DNA of 64,000 nt, taken from assembly GCA_965112155.1 (NCBI GenBank), contig OZ218114.1, one strand, 5' to 3'. Below, in pieces: positions 1-12,960 of this stretch (position 1 is its first letter; every line of letters starts with the position of its first letter). This DNA comes from Podarcis liolepis (taxonomy: Eukaryota). The notes under the pieces were generated by a model. It ran no database searches. It was not told where the DNA came from and saw nothing but the letters and a program-made list of their open reading frames with translations. The position numbers and the translations under genes were made by a program.

Positions 1-134
1 TCAAACGGCCTACTTTTCTCCCGTGAAAACTGAATGAGGAACCTGGAATTTAGGTTTGATTTCTAATATTAGCACAAACCTTTTCATAAGTTATGACTTG
101 CAGCACATGGTCTGATGGTTCAGCATCTTAATGG

Positions 135-1210
135 TGTGGTCTGACCAAGGCAGAATAGAGTGGTACTATTACTTCCCTTGATCTGGACACTAGACTTCTG
201 TTGATGCAGCCTAGAATAGCATTAGCTTATTTTGCTGCTGCATCACAATGTTGACTCAGGTTCAGCGTGTGGTCCACTAAGGCTCCTAGATCCTTTTCAC
301 ATGTATTGCTAGTAAGGCAGGTGTCCCCCATCCTGTATTTGTGCATCTGGTTCTTCCTGTCTAAATGCAGAACCTTGCATTTGTCCCTATTGAAATTCAT
401 TTTGTTAGCTTGTGCCCAGTTCTCCAATCCGTTAAGAGCATTTTGAATTCTGATTGTGTCTTCTGCGGCATTAGCTACCCCTCCCAGTTTGGTGTCATCT
501 GTGAATTTGATGAGCATCCCTCAATTCCTTCATCCAAGTCATTTATAAAGTTGCTGAACAACAACGGGCCCAGGACAGAACCCTGCAGTACCCGACTTCT
601 CACTTTTTCCCAGTATGACAGGGAACCATTAATGAGTACTCTTTGGTTTGGTCAGTTAACCTGCTACAATTCCACCTAACAGTTACGTCATTCAACCCAC
701 ATTTTATCAGCTTCCTCCCAAGAATATCATGAGGGACTTTGTTAAAAGCCTTACTGAAATCAAGATACAATATGCCCACAGCATTTCCCTGATCCACCAA
801 GTCTGTAATTCTATCAAAAAAAGAAATCAGGTTGGTATGACATGACTTATTTTTGAGAAACCCATGCTGGGTCTTAGAAATCACAGCATCCTTTTCTAAA
901 TGCTCACAGACAGACTGTTGAATTATCTGTTCTAGGACCTTCCCTGTCAAGCTCACCGGTTAGTAGCTACCTGGGTAGCTATCTCCCCGCCCCCTTTTGA
1001 AGATGGGGACAACATCTGCCCACCTCCAGTCTGTAGGGACCGCATCTGTTCTCCATGAATTCTCAAAGATAATAGATAAAGTTTCTGAAATTGCATCCAC
1101 AAGCTCCTTTAGTACCCTTGGATGCAGCTTATCAGGCTCTGGAGATTTGAATTCATTTAAAGTAGCTAGGTGTTCCCTTACTACCTCTTTTCATATCTTG
1201 GGCTGCAGCT
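135..1210 (-). mobile_element. CR1 LINE ORF2 (reverse transcriptase) fragment, disrupted
   Basis: ORFs 600-956 (QHGFLKNKSCHTNLISFFD...YLDFSKAFNKVPH) and 227-517 (KFTDDTKLGG...WAQANKMNFNRDKCKVLH) are typical CR1 RT segments split by frameshifts. Confidence 0.92.
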
Positions 1211-2428
1211 CCCCTCAGATGTTGTTACGCTCCAACTCCCATCAACTCTGGCTGGCAGGGGTGTTGGGAGTTGTAGTCTAATGACATTTGGAGGCCACTA
1301 AGTTCCCTATTTCTGCTTTATACACAGAAGGTCCCAGTTTCAATAAGAACCCTGCAGGATCAGGCCAAAGGCCCACCTAGTCTAGCATCCTCTCTCCACC
1401 TGGGATTCCCAGGAACTAGTATTCAGTGCTCACTGCCTCAAACAGTGGAGGTAGATCATAGCTATAATGACTAGCAGCCATTGATGACCTTAACTTCTAA
1501 TCCCTGCCCTCCATTAGAAAGGATTTCAGATAGTAAGAAAGAGATCTGGCTCAGATCTTGGAGACCTGCTGGTCAGCCAGAGCAGACAATACTGGGATTG
1601 ATGGAGCAAAGATCTAATATAGTATAAGGTCCAGTAGGACTGTCACTTCCCCACCACAGTGCACAGGTGGGAGATAGGAGACAGGCCACCCAAATGGGTT
1701 GCTGTGCTAATTGCCACTCACTATGGCTAAAGCATAAGGCCATGGTTTTTCAGTAAATGAATAAAGAAGAAGATGACGATGTTGAATGTTTGACCACCTT
1801 GTTTAAAATTAAGGTATGCCAAATACATCCAGTCCTCAGTATTTCTCAGAATTGCTCCAATGCCCTAAAAGCAGCTGAAAATTCCTCCACTTTCGCAGGG
1901 GAACAAGGCCCCCTCTGAAAGCAAAGGAAGATTTTTGGTACACCTTTATGTTAAAGGTGTATCCATGGCGGTTGTGAATCTCCCCCCACAAAAAAATAAT
2001 AATCACGCCCCTCTAATCTTACACAGACAGATCATTTTCTCTTCCCGATATAATCTCTCTTCAATCACCAACACCACCATCTATTTTAATGGCTTCTTGT
2101 AATAATTAATGAGATAATGTGTGTTAAATGCTGGGAACACTCTAAAGCTGTGTTACTATTATGCAAGGCAGGGGGAGGGGGGCTTTTTCAGCCTGAAAGC
2201 CACATTCCTTCATGGGCAACTTTCTGGGGTCTGCATCCCAGCGAGGGATGGTGCCAGAAGCAAAAGTGAGTGGAGCAACAGAAGTGACCTTTGTATAGCA
2301 GCCACATAAAAGTCAAGAGGGTTTTTTGAAAATACACACATAGATCTTTCCATCCAGTATCCTGGCAAGCAAGAGGCATGATCATAGGTCAGGCACACAT
2401 TCCCGCCAAACAAAAACCAAGCAAGATA

Positions 2429-2802
2429 CAGTGATACCTCGCAAGACGAATGCCTCGCAAGATGAAAAACTCGCAAGGCGAAAGAGTTTTTCGTTTTGAG
2501 TTGCTTCGCAAGACGAATTTCCCTATGGGCTTGCTTTGCAAGATGAAAACGTCTTGCAAGTTTGTTTCCTTTTTCTTAAAACCGTTAATACCCAGGGTGC
2601 ATTGCTTGAAGAGGTGCAGTTGCGACTTGACTTCGAGGAGCAACTCATAGCACGCGGTGTGGTAGCCTTTTTTGAGGTTTTTGAAGACTTTGGTGATTTG
2701 AAGACAGTGGTGCTTCGCAAGACGAAAAATTCACAAGACGAAAAATTCGCAAGACGAAAAAACTCGCAGAATGAATTAAATTCGTCTTGCGAGGCACCAC
2801 TG
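2429..2802. mobile_element. Tc1/mariner (pogo/Tigger-type) MITE
   Basis: TA|CAGTGATACCTCGCAAGACGAAT ... ATTCGTCTTGCGAGGCACCACTG|TA; multiple subterminal CGCAAGACGAA repeats; CpGs retained. Confidence 0.85.
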
Positions 2803-3177
2803 TAGTCACAAGCACTGAATCCATCTCTGAGGGGCCTGGACACCCACAAAATTTTGACTGTGTGTGCCCGGCCTTCACCAGCCGCTTGTGGCAGCTGCCT
2901 TACTGCTCTCTGGTGCTGCCACAGTGACTGGGCCGGGGCCTCCGCCTCTGCTGTGGGGCCTCTGTTGGGGCCTTCCTGAGGCTGCAATGGGCCTACCCGC
3001 AGCCATGGCAGGCCTTGTGGGAAGCATCTGCAGCCATGGTGGGCCCGCTGCAGCCCCATTGGGTCTTCCCATGGCCTCGTTGGGCCTTCTGGAGGCCACA
3101 CTGGGCTTCGTCAGGTCTCCTCCTGCCATGTAAGGTCACACACGCGCTGCAGGCATGACATCACAGGACCACAGCTG

Positions 3178-3341
3178 NNNNNNNNNNNNNNNNNNNNNNN
3201 NNNNNNNNNNNNNNNNNNNNNNNNNNNNNNNNNNNNNNNNNNNNNNNNNNNNNNNNNNNNNNNNNNNNNNNNNNNNNNNNNNNNNNNNNNNNNNNNNNNN
3301 NNNNNNNNNNNNNNNNNNNNNNNNNNNNNNNNNNNNNNNNN
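3178..3341. other. Assembly gap (164 N)
   Basis: Run of n, flanked by GC-rich repeat-like DNA. Confidence 0.99.
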
Positions 3342-3647
3342 GCCCGCCCCCCAGCCGAAGCCGGGCTCAGGGCGGCTAGCAACAATAAAATAATACAACA
3401 TTCTAAAATCATTTCATAAGAAGTTAAACCACTGGAGAATCATAGCGCTTGCTGTGGCTGCAGAGACTAGTAACACATAACTGCTGCCTGCCACATTGGT
3501 CCTGGGCTGTCCAGAAAACACGTTTTGCACCAGCTGAGCTGCAGGAGCTGCCAGAAAGAGGCATACAAGATGCCATTGAACCGACTTAGGGACCCCTATA
3601 TTATATCACATCTTCCAATATATACTGGTACCTTTTAACAGCCTTTT

Positions 3648-3765
3648 TCAACCTTGGGTCCCCAGATGTTGTTGGACTACAACTCCCATCATCCCTGAGC
3701 GCTGGCCTTGCTAGCTAGGGGTGATGGGAGTTGTAGTTCAACAACATCTGGGGACCCAAGGTTGA
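3648..3765. mobile_element. Fold-back MITE (GGACTACAACTCCCATCA family)
   Basis: About 49-bp near-perfect inverted arms TCAACCTTGGGTCCCCAGATGTTGTTGGACTACAACTCCCATCA / TGATGGGAGTTGTAGTTCAACAACATCTGGGGACCCAAGGTTGA. More decayed copies near 1220-1310, 15740-15850, 28190-28325, 30510-30650, 55730-55830, 60230-60340 and 61435-61550. Confidence 0.8.
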
Positions 3766-4050
3766 GCACCTTGAGATCATCAGCAGAGACCCGCCTCCAG
3801 ATTCTGCCCCCTAATGAGGTACAGTAGGTGACTACTATATATCCTAACCATGCATCCAAAGAAGCACAGGATTAGTAAGCAGAGGGCCTTTTCCGTGGTG
3901 GCACCATGGTTATGGAATGCTCTCCCCAGAGAGGCTCACTTGGAACACAGGTTAGTAATTTCTTGTTAAATGTTTCTCCGTGCCAGGCTTTTCTTTTCTC
4001 CCAGGTGTTTTATTTCCTACCTGTTTTTAATTCTTGGAAGTGATAAAACT
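3766..4050 (+). mobile_element. L2-like LINE 3' fragment
   Basis: AGAGGGCCTTTTCCGTGGTGGCACCATGGTTATGGAATGCTCTCCCC reads RAFSVVAPWLWNALP, an L2 C-terminal motif. Confidence 0.7.
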
Positions 4051-4754
4051 GAGTTTAAAAGTGCCATTTATTGGTTCTACACTTCTTTATAGTTTGCATG
4101 ACTTTCTGTTAATTTTGTGATGATGTTTGTTTTTTATTGATCAATTGTTTTAGATCTGTGGATTGTTTTTGTATTTCATTGATTCAAAATTATGAACTGC
4201 AGTTGGGCAGGGACTTTTTGAAAAACAATGCAGGACGTGCTCCCACGGTATAACATATTCAGGATCTGGGCCAGGGCCCCACAACGACTTCTTTTTCAGA
4301 GAAAGAAAGAAAGTGGCTAATCCTAAGCGCACTATTTTAAATGTCTACTTAACATAGCATGTAGTTTGACCCAGTCCTGCAGGATGGAACAGGCCATGAC
4401 CACTCTAGCAACTACCATAGCCACAGTGGGCCAATAGCAAAAAATGCTTTGCAGAGAGAAAGAACATGGTGCTGAGGAAGAATGCTATATATTCTTGAGT
4501 GGTGTGGGAGAGCAGGGGGGGGGGGGAGAGGGAGAGGGAGAGCTCCATATTTATGAAGTTTTGCCTTTGGCTATAAGTCAGCTTTCAGTTTACATTTTAT
4601 ATCTGACTGCAGGTTTCCACATACAAAATAACAGCATATGCTTCTCTTTGAGGAAAATGTGTGAAAACCTCACTATTCCACATGCCTCCATGCTTCAGAT
4701 TTGACAAAGTATCTTGTGCTTGGCTATTGAAACCTGAGCACAAATATAGGCATC

Positions 4755-5040
4755 ATATGCACTATACATTTAAAGCAGATTCATTTCATTTTAAATAGTC
4801 GTGCCTTCCCCCAAAGAATCCTAAGACCTGAGACCCCTCACAGAGCTACAATTCCTAGAGATGATTAACAGTCAATCCCTTTCCTCAGGGAACTCTGGGA
4901 ATTGTAGTTCCGTGAGAGGAATAGGAGGTCTCCTACCAACTCTCAGCACCCTTAACAAACTACACTTCCCAGGATTCTTTGGGGGAGGCGACATCTGCTT
5001 AAAGTGCTAGGATGCTGCGTTAAATGTGTAGTGCAGATGG
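4755..5040. mobile_element. Non-autonomous DNA element with inverted ends (CCCCAAAGAATCCT family)
   Basis: Ends CATATGCACTATACATTTAAAGCAG / CTGCGTTAAATGTGTAGTGCAGATG; related copies near 39090-39290 and 62410-62500. Confidence 0.6.
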
Positions 5041-5992
5041 AGCCACAATGTGAAAATTGCCCTCCAGTTTTGTCCTTTTACATTCAGTGCATCTATTTGC
5101 TGACTTAGGGCCAGATATTTATATGCTTAGTTTTAATGCAAAGAGAAACTACAGGTACCCTGATCTGAATCAGGGTTGTATACAGGGTTGTTGTTTTTTA
5201 TTTTTTAAAAAACAAACACCTTCATTTCTGCCAGTGTTCCAACCTAGAAAACCCCCCTCTTCAACAGTCAATTATTTAGCCCACTGGAGACAAGCACACA
5301 ATGGAAACTTCCTTAACAGGAAAGCAGGCCAATGTTATTACCCTTTTTTTGTAGAGGGCCGGCTGAGTCTAGGAGGGCTGCGGCTTGTCTAAGGCAATCT
5401 GGTGAGTTAATGACATAGGCAAGAGTTTGGGTCAGCCCAGAACTGGAGCCTCTGCTGCTCCTCCATCCAAGATTAATTCACCCCTTTCCCCTATGTTAAT
5501 TTACCTAGTGGTGTCAAAAACAGAAAGAGGCTGCAACAGCAATGGAGCTACCATTAAATTTCCCACAGTGCCCCATCACAATGCTATTTCAGGGGTATTG
5601 CAAAAATTAAGACATCAGCTCCCACACCTAGCGTTCATTGGATCAGAGCACCAGTTAAAAGGGGCCCCTAGGAAGGCATCATTGCCGGGTCCTGGGATCC
5701 TGACAGCTTCTCAAGGATGGCAAATGCTGACACTGGGTGGTCTGCACAATTTAGCCATTACGCTACACAACTGGCAGGTTCAGGCAAGAAGGCAGAAGCA
5801 GCGGTGCACCCTGTCAGGCTCCTTCTGCAGCAGCTTTGCATTCAATTTCCCATTGTATAGTCGGGGAATCTTCTGGTGCACTTCCCCAGAAAGCTGGCGG
5901 CGGAGGGGAGAGAAGTATTTTCTGGCAGATTGCCTCTTGGCTTAAGTCAAACCAAAGGTCAGCTGAAAGGAAGAGAAGGGACGACTACTCAC

Positions 5993-6178
5993 AGCCATAG
6001 GGAGATCCTGTGGGAGAGCCATTAATGAATCCAGGCGAGCCAGGAACACCCAGGTTCGACATGGGGACGTTGCTGTAGCCGTTCATGCTGTTACTGGAGG
6101 TGCTGTAATTAGACTGCTGAGGGGTCGAGCTGGAAGAGTAACCTCGGGGGGAGATGCTGCTTGTGTTGCGGATGTAAC
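5993..6178 (-). CDS. EBF2: EBF2 exon 14 (186 nt): (G)[61 protein letters not shown]
   Basis: Not in the ORF track; translated manually. Acceptor ...TTTCTTGTAG, donor GTGAGT; Ser/Pro-rich transactivation region; phase 1 to 1. Confidence 0.96.
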
Positions 6179-9100
6179 CTACAAGAAATAAACATTCTCT
6201 GAGTGCCCAGAGATGAGGACAGCGGGATGATCTCTCTCAGCCGTCCATTTCTCCACTAATTTGGATTTCATTGGAACAAATGTTACCATAGATGAGGAAA
6301 CTAGTCCTGGCCCTAGATGAATCTCCGTGGTTCAGAGGGCACTGGAGTCATCTGGGGAGGGTGGGAGAGAGAATTTTGCCATTTTAAAAATCCTACCTTT
6401 AATGGCTGAGGATTCTTCTCTTGGCAAGAGTGTGCATGTAGTGATCCCACCCCCACAGTTTCTCTCTCTTTTTCCTCCATCTTTTTTCTTATAACAGCCC
6501 CCTTCACCAAATGTTGCCACCATGTAGCCCATGTAGCTCAGAGTAGCCCAGCCATGGTCCTGGATGTGAATCCATTTGATGATAGCATGCTGTCATCAGC
6601 CAGTGGCTTTTCATCAAGGGGGAGGAGAAGGCAATAAAGACCACAGTGGGCACAGCCACCCCCTGCCCAGTGCCCTGAGAATTACGTTACTTCATGCACA
6701 GGATCATTGTCAGGCACACTCTGTTCTATCCAGCGCTGGTCATACTCAGAGTGGACCAAATGAAATAATAAAAATGACTAATTGAGGCCCATCCGTTTCA
6801 ATGGTTCATTGGGGTAGGTTGACAAATCTGCTGATCTCAGTTTCTCATTCCCACCCCCATTCTTAAATTCACTTCTCCACATTTCGATATCAGTTTAGAA
6901 AAAAAAAGTCAAGTTCTCATCAGCATTTTGACACCCCCCCCCCCCGCTGTCTCCATCTCTTCTTCCTTGCCTCAACTTGAGAAAGGGCTGAAGGAGTCCT
7001 TCTTCAGAGCCAGGCATTCTGGGCAAGATGGCCAGAAGAATGCCTCTGCTACTGTGGTGGTATGCCACAGTGTCTAGAAATGCTGCTTAAACTGGTGCTT
7101 GTCGTCTTCTGGCTCTGAAGAAGGACCCCCTCAACCATTTATTAGAGTAAGGTATAATGAGGTGGGGGGGGGTGGCAGAGAAGCTGTCAGCACTGACACT
7201 GTAAATGTAGTGGGGCTATAGTTTTTTAAATAGAAAGAAAGAGAGGGGGCCGAAGGTGGAAAGGGAGAGAGCAATGGGGCTGGGGTAGGAGAGAAGATAA
7301 GAATGGTGGTAGTGGTGCTGCCACAAAGAAGACAATGGGGCAGTGGTGGAAGGAGGTGACAGCGCCTCAGGCAACACAATCCCTTGTACCAGGATTGCCT
7401 CCAGGTCTGCTGGTGTCTCCCTGATCTGCCCAGGTTTGGGCTACACTAGTGAATAGGTTTGCACATATAAAATGTAGGTTAATACCCTGAGGACCTTTTC
7501 AACAAGTCAGAATGTCAGTCCCCCCCCCCCCATAAATTGGGGGAAAGAATGATATTGGCATTCTGCAGATGGAGGCAGTGCACTTCAGAAATAGAGAGCC
7601 CTGCCCTCTGATTATGTGTTTTTCAACTGTGATACTTCCTTTACAGGATGGAGGATGGAGAAATTTGTGCATCTGTAGAAACCTCTGACTTTTGTGTGGC
7701 TGGAGTGTAACCTACTGTACAGATACAAGAGTTGCGAACCTGTTGTTTCATCCACTTTTACCTCTAGCCCTATCCATCCCTAGCATTTGGCCAGAGAGTC
7801 TGTTTGTGTGGAAATGTGGTTCTTGGTCTAAAACAGATTCCCTACCTCTGATCTAAAGGCTTACTGAAGCTAAGCAGTTCTTCTATTATTATTATTTTGC
7901 AGTAATCTTTTCGCTTTTTTTAAAAAAACCTCATGAAAACCCATGAGCTTTTTAGTGCTAACTTATCCCAATAAACACATTTTTGTATGCAGTTTTGACT
8001 AACATTTTTGCAAGCAATTTCCTCTATAATGCTATTTTATATGCTGTTTCAACTCATACATGTATCCATATGTACATATTACTTGGCTGGAGAAATTCAT
8101 TGTGAAATTTGGAGAAATGTAAATTGTGGCGGTTAGCTGTGATTTGGTCTGTGCATTGTTTCAGAAAGTGAAAATTAGGCAAGTTCATCTTTAAATGGGA
8201 ACTAAATCAAATTACACACACACCACCACCAAATCCCTGCTCAGGCTTTGGTTAGAATAAAGGCCTGCTCTTACAGGGCACATCACTAGCGAGTGTGCTA
8301 ATGCTGGCACAAACCCCAAACCCAGAGTGCCGGACGAAGAGCTGCCTGCAGGCTCAAGGATCGCTGTGCATGATTTCTTTCCATTTCTCACCCCTTAAGC
8401 ATGTTTCTCTGGCTGAGGAGAGCACGCCTTTGTTTGACAACATGTGTACATTTGCTGATCACATCTGATTGTTGAAAGAATGTGAAAGGGTGTTTCTGGA
8501 TCTGGAAAAAATTAGTGCACTTATGTTTTTAATGTTCATAACATTAACATGGGATTTGCTGCAAACTGTGGTCAAGGCTGTATCTTCTCAAGGATTTCAA
8601 GCGATTCAGGGGGTGCTTCTCCACTGCAGAGGGCGTTTCTTTCTTTCTTTGTTTGTTTGTTTGTTTGTTTGTTTGTTTTAAAACAGGTTTTGCAATGTTT
8701 TCACACAACAGATGCTTATGGAGTAATAATGATGGCTTAGATAAGTGGTCACTGGTGCAGTGTCCTGCAGACACCACTGGATTATAATACCGATAATTCA
8801 AAGCCAAGATGACTAGTGGTCAAGAATGGCGAGAGCTGAAGCACAACAATATTCACATTGGCTACTCTTCCTCTAAGCCAGTGGCTCCCAATTTTCTAAG
8901 TACTGCTATGTCATTTTTTTTTTTTTAAAAATAAATTTTATATTTTATATTCATTTCTAATGTACCACTTCTCCTAATGTACAAACCTTTTTTACCGCAC
9001 TGTGGCTTTCTGGCTAAACAGGTTTGGCAGGTTTCTGAATGGATAAAATCCTGCAAAAGCTGTTACAGGATGTTTATGTTTTTAGTTTTGTTAGTCCTTA

Positions 9101-10792
9101 CACTTTCATTATTAAAAGTTGAATTCATTTTGTTATTCATTCATTAATGTAGCATTCATGGCATTGCCAATTTCAACACATTCATTAGTTTCCGCCACTC
9201 CCATTTCTTTTTTATTGCAGTTGGTTTCAATGAGAGACCCAGACAATCATCTACTTTTGGCACCTTTGTTGTTTTCCACCTTATAGGTCTGACGTTTTCA
9301 GGCATATTCTGTAAAGGTATCAGATCTGCCAGATATCAAATGATTTGGGCAAAGCACCAGAGTGTCAGTTGCTACTAAAAATATGAACATCTTATAAACC
9401 TTGCTGTCAATGGAAGATCCTGCTGATCTCTGCATGCTTGCAATGTCTGTTTTCTGTTCTTTGCTATGAGATTTTAAGACATCAATTTCCTCCTCCAAAG
9501 AATCATTTCGGACAGAAAGGACAATGGTTCCCAATTTTATAAGTGATTTATAAAGGCAGGCCAACTTTCACTCTCCTTCCCCTCCTGGTAACCTCTTTGT
9601 GACCTGTAAAGATTATTCCAGCAGGGCTCCAATTTACACAAAAAGAGAGTTGAATGGATTTTCCTTTGGAACTCATTTGCTTAATTTTTAAAATGAATGG
9701 TGGCACATAAACCTGTTTAAAAGAGGTGAAAGTGGGGAACAAGTACACACCACAGGGGTGGGGAACTGCAGTCCCCTGTGGACAAACTTCTGGGGCCTTC
9801 ATACCAGTGGCCTTCATGCCAGAGCCAAAAAGCAAGTGGAAGAGCAGGTGTGATTTTTTACCTTTCTACATTAGGCTACATTCCATGAGTTATTGACCTG
9901 CAACAGGTCGGTGGGCAAGCCAGGTTACATAGTCCTGATGTTCCAGCTTGCTAGGCACAAGAGTGTTAGTTTTATTTCTTTTTTTACTTGGTGCAGAAGT
10001 TCAGTCTGCTTCTCAAGTGATACTCTGGGCTCCAAGCCCCCACTGAAGCAGGCAGACAGTGGCAGGTCAGCACTTTATTGAGCAGGGGCTGCCCAGCTTA
10101 AAGCTGACCAGTGAGACACAATGATCCCTCCCACCAACCAAGGCAACCCATAGTGCTGGTACCTTACACCAAACAGGTTGAGCTTATAACTAGTAACTGC
10201 TTCCTCTTGCATTGTTTTTGCCATGTTTGCAGCACTGAAGTGACCCCCGCAGGGCGCAAGGCCTGGACTGTCCAGATTACAAGACCTCCCTCTCAACTTT
10301 GCTGATGTGGTCCCAGGGAAAGCAGATCAATACATTTGGCACCAGCTTGGCTGCAGGAGTTGCCGGAAGGAGGTGTACATGGCGCCATCCAACTGTCTTA
10401 GGGATTTGTGTAGGGATTTGTTCTCCCAAAGATGTCCCACAAGGCAGCGGGTACAGATTGTTCCTCGAGGTTTACTCCTGAAACCTCTCTCATGAATGAG
10501 CAAAGGCTCAAGGCAGCAGAGATAGGCTACATTCAAGTCACACAAATGTTTTCACATGTATTATCTCCATCCAGGCAAGCAAGAGGCATTATCAGAGTTC
10601 AAGGGCACAAAGCTTGTCAAAGCACTTGAGAGCACAGAGCAGGGGTTGTGAGGCCTGGGCCTGAGGTTCTCCATCACCGAACTGTAGTCTTCCTCCAGCC
10701 TTGGGTGCTTTGCAGGCTGTTGACCTATCTTTCTTTGAGCTTCCCTGTCAGCTTCTTGCTCCCTTGCCTGGAGTCTGTTTTGGGCAGGGCTA

Positions 10793-11121
10793 ACAGAGCC
10801 TAGGACTTGCCAATCAGAAGGTTGGCGGTTCGAATCCCCATGATGGGGTGAGCTCCCGTTGCTCGGTCCCTGCTCCTGCCAACCTAGCAGTTCGAAAGCA
10901 CGTCAAAGTGCAAGTAGATAAATAGGTACCGCTCCGGCAGGAAGGTAAACAGCGTTTCCATGCGCTGCTCTGGTTCGCCAGAAGCGGCTTAGTCATGCTG
11001 GCCACATGACCCGGAAGCTGTACGCCGGCTCCCTCCGCCAGTAAAGCGAGATGAGCTCCGTAACCCCAGAGTCGGCCACGACTGGACCTAATGGTCAGGG
11101 GTCCCTTTACCCTTTACCCTT
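10793..11121 (+). mobile_element. Sauria SINE, 5'-truncated
   Basis: B-box GGTTCGAATCCC, core CCTGCCAACCTAGCAGTTCGAAAGCAC...GTAGATAAATAGGTACCGCT, tail (CCTTTAC)n. Confidence 0.9.
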
Positions 11122-12258
11122 AACTGACCAGAGCTATAATCAATGTGCTGATAGGGCAGGAAGAATAAAACAGAGACCCAATCAAATAAAAGAGTAGCTG
11201 AAGATTGGAGGCAATGATTGCCTTGCCTAAAGACATTCGAAACAAGGATCAGAAATGAATGTGGAAGGGCACCCACCAGCTTTGAATCTTTTGAGCCCAC
11301 AGGATGGTATTGTGTATATACAGCAATGTACCTGCATTGACCAGAGCTCACTGGGATTTCCACATAGGAGTTCCAGGTTTATTCTCTGGCATCCCCAGTC
11401 ACAAATATAATTTAGTAGGGGATGAAAAAAATGTCTATGCTTGTGACTTTAAAGAGCTGCATCCAGAGTAGACAATTCTAGGTTAAATAGACAAATAATC
11501 TGAAACAAGGCAGCTTCCTAAGTTACCGTACTTAACATGCACAGACCACCCCTGGGTAGCCAGAATGAGAAGGCCAAGTATGGGTGGAAGGCTAAAAATT
11601 CCTCCTTGCATTCCTGTGGATGAAGCCAATCATGAGAGCAAACAATTCCAAATCATAGAAATGGAAAGCCAACTTTCTCGGAAGACTAGTACCCATGTGA
11701 TCGAAGAGGGTGGTCAGCCAGGGACTATATAATCAGTGAATCAAAGAGGTGCACAGCATTCAACCCCCTACACACCATAGATCAACTGGACCAGGGCAAG
11801 TCAGTGCATTCACAGGGGCAAAGTATGTCACTGGCTAGTGTAGCATAAGAAATAAGGAGTTGGAATCCATTATGTTTAAAAATAAATCAATCTCAGAAAA
11901 AGGAATAGATTATTTGTTTCTAGAGGAAGAAAAAACAGAACAGAATGCAAAAGTAGTCTCTCTTGATTGGAATAAAGATTGGATTATAATTTAACACAAA
12001 TAATATTTCATATTTATTAATAATTTATGGCAGTGACCAAGTAAATAATATGTAAGATGCATGTGTGTGTGTGTGTGTGTGTATGAAGACTTAATGATGT
12101 ATTTATTAGATTGTATATTTTTACTGTGTAATTTATAGTTTTTTAAAACAGAAGGCTCCTTCAATCATTTGATAAGTGCAATGTGCTAATTATGTAAATA
12201 AAACTAGGGTAAAAACAGCTAAACAGCATTTCCATATTTCTAATATTGGGATCCTTAC

Positions 12259-12433
12259 CTTGATTGTTTCCTTGTGTTGATTCTGAGATGCTGACTCCCA
12301 ACTGGCTACTGTAGGAGTTGATGCCCATCATGCTACTGTGAGCTGGAGAGCTGGACAAAGGGATCTGGCCTGGATTCCTGGGGACACTGTAGAGAGCTTC
12401 TGCGATATCAGCAGCTCGCTTCAGAATAATGTC
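12259..12433 (-). CDS. EBF2: EBF2 exon 13 (175 nt): [58 protein letters not shown]
   Basis: Acceptor ...TTGCACGCAG, donor GTAAGG; second helix-2 copy and start of the Ser-rich region; phase 0 to 1. Confidence 0.97.
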
Positions 12434-12449
12434 CTGCGTGCAATAAAGA

Positions 12450-12960
12450 ATGGACAAATCTGTCAGTTTCAGTTTCTCCCAGTTTCAATTTTTTGTATCT
12501 ACTTTTCCCCAATATGCAGATTTTTGCAAAGCAATTTATCCCAATATAATTCATTTTATATGTTATTTTCACCAATACAGTGGTACCTCGGTTTTCGAAT
12601 GTTTCCATTGATGAATGTTTCAGTTTCCAAACGCCATAAACCTGGAAGTAAATGCTTCCGTTTTCGAACGCACCTTGGAAGTTGAATGGCTTCCACTGAG
12701 TGTATATGTTATTTTTCTCAGTTTTCTCTATTAAATTTGCAGACCGCCTTTTCCACCTCAGTTTTAGAACATTTCAGAACTCGAACGGTCTTCCAGAATG
12801 GATTACGTTCGAAAACTGAGATACCATTGTATATGCATTCTATGCATCCTTTGCTTTAGTATTTGCATTTTTGTACACATTGCTTGATTGGAAAACTGCG
12901 CTGCAAAATTTGGAGAAGTGCAGATTTCAAAGGATGGCAGCATTTCAATTCGGACCCCTG
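12450..12960. repeat. Abundant AT-rich interspersed repeat (GACAAATCTGTCAGTTTCAGTTTCTC family)
   Basis: Same motif blocks recur near 6820-6930, 7880-8240, 28430-28860, 31735-32035 and 58815-59185, and inverted near 31050-31280, 37590-37900 and 57730-58050. Family not identified. Confidence 0.7.
12578..12829. mobile_element. Tc1/mariner-type MITE nested in the preceding repeat
   Basis: TA|CAGTGGTACCTCGGTTTTCGAA ... TTCGAAAACTGAGATACCATTG|TA. Confidence 0.85.

Noticed and set aside
2429-2802. Regularly spaced CGCAAGACGAA repeats resembling a CRISPR or iteron array
   Set aside because: Spacers are only about 5 nt, the repeats lie inside TA-flanked TIRs, the context is eukaryotic and there are no cas genes; these are MITE subterminal repeats.
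2523-3133. 192-aa and overlapping GC-rich ORFs
   Set aside because: They span MITE and low-complexity GC-rich repeat DNA and show no recognisable domain.
5427-5945. 172-aa plus-strand ORF antisense to intron 14
   Set aside because: Starts at TTG, has no domain and no supporting exon structure; consistent with chance.
1-5992. EBF2 exon 15 (expected ...VKQKSAFAPV...)
   Set aside because: No such coding sequence seen by eye. It probably lies beyond the window; the 164-N gap is too small or borderline and is flanked by repeats.
8900-9560. Possible very old L1 remnants (also 18550-19100, 43600-43900, 51340-51760, 60980-61270)
   Set aside because: Composition is suggestive but I could not read diagnostic motifs, so they are not called.
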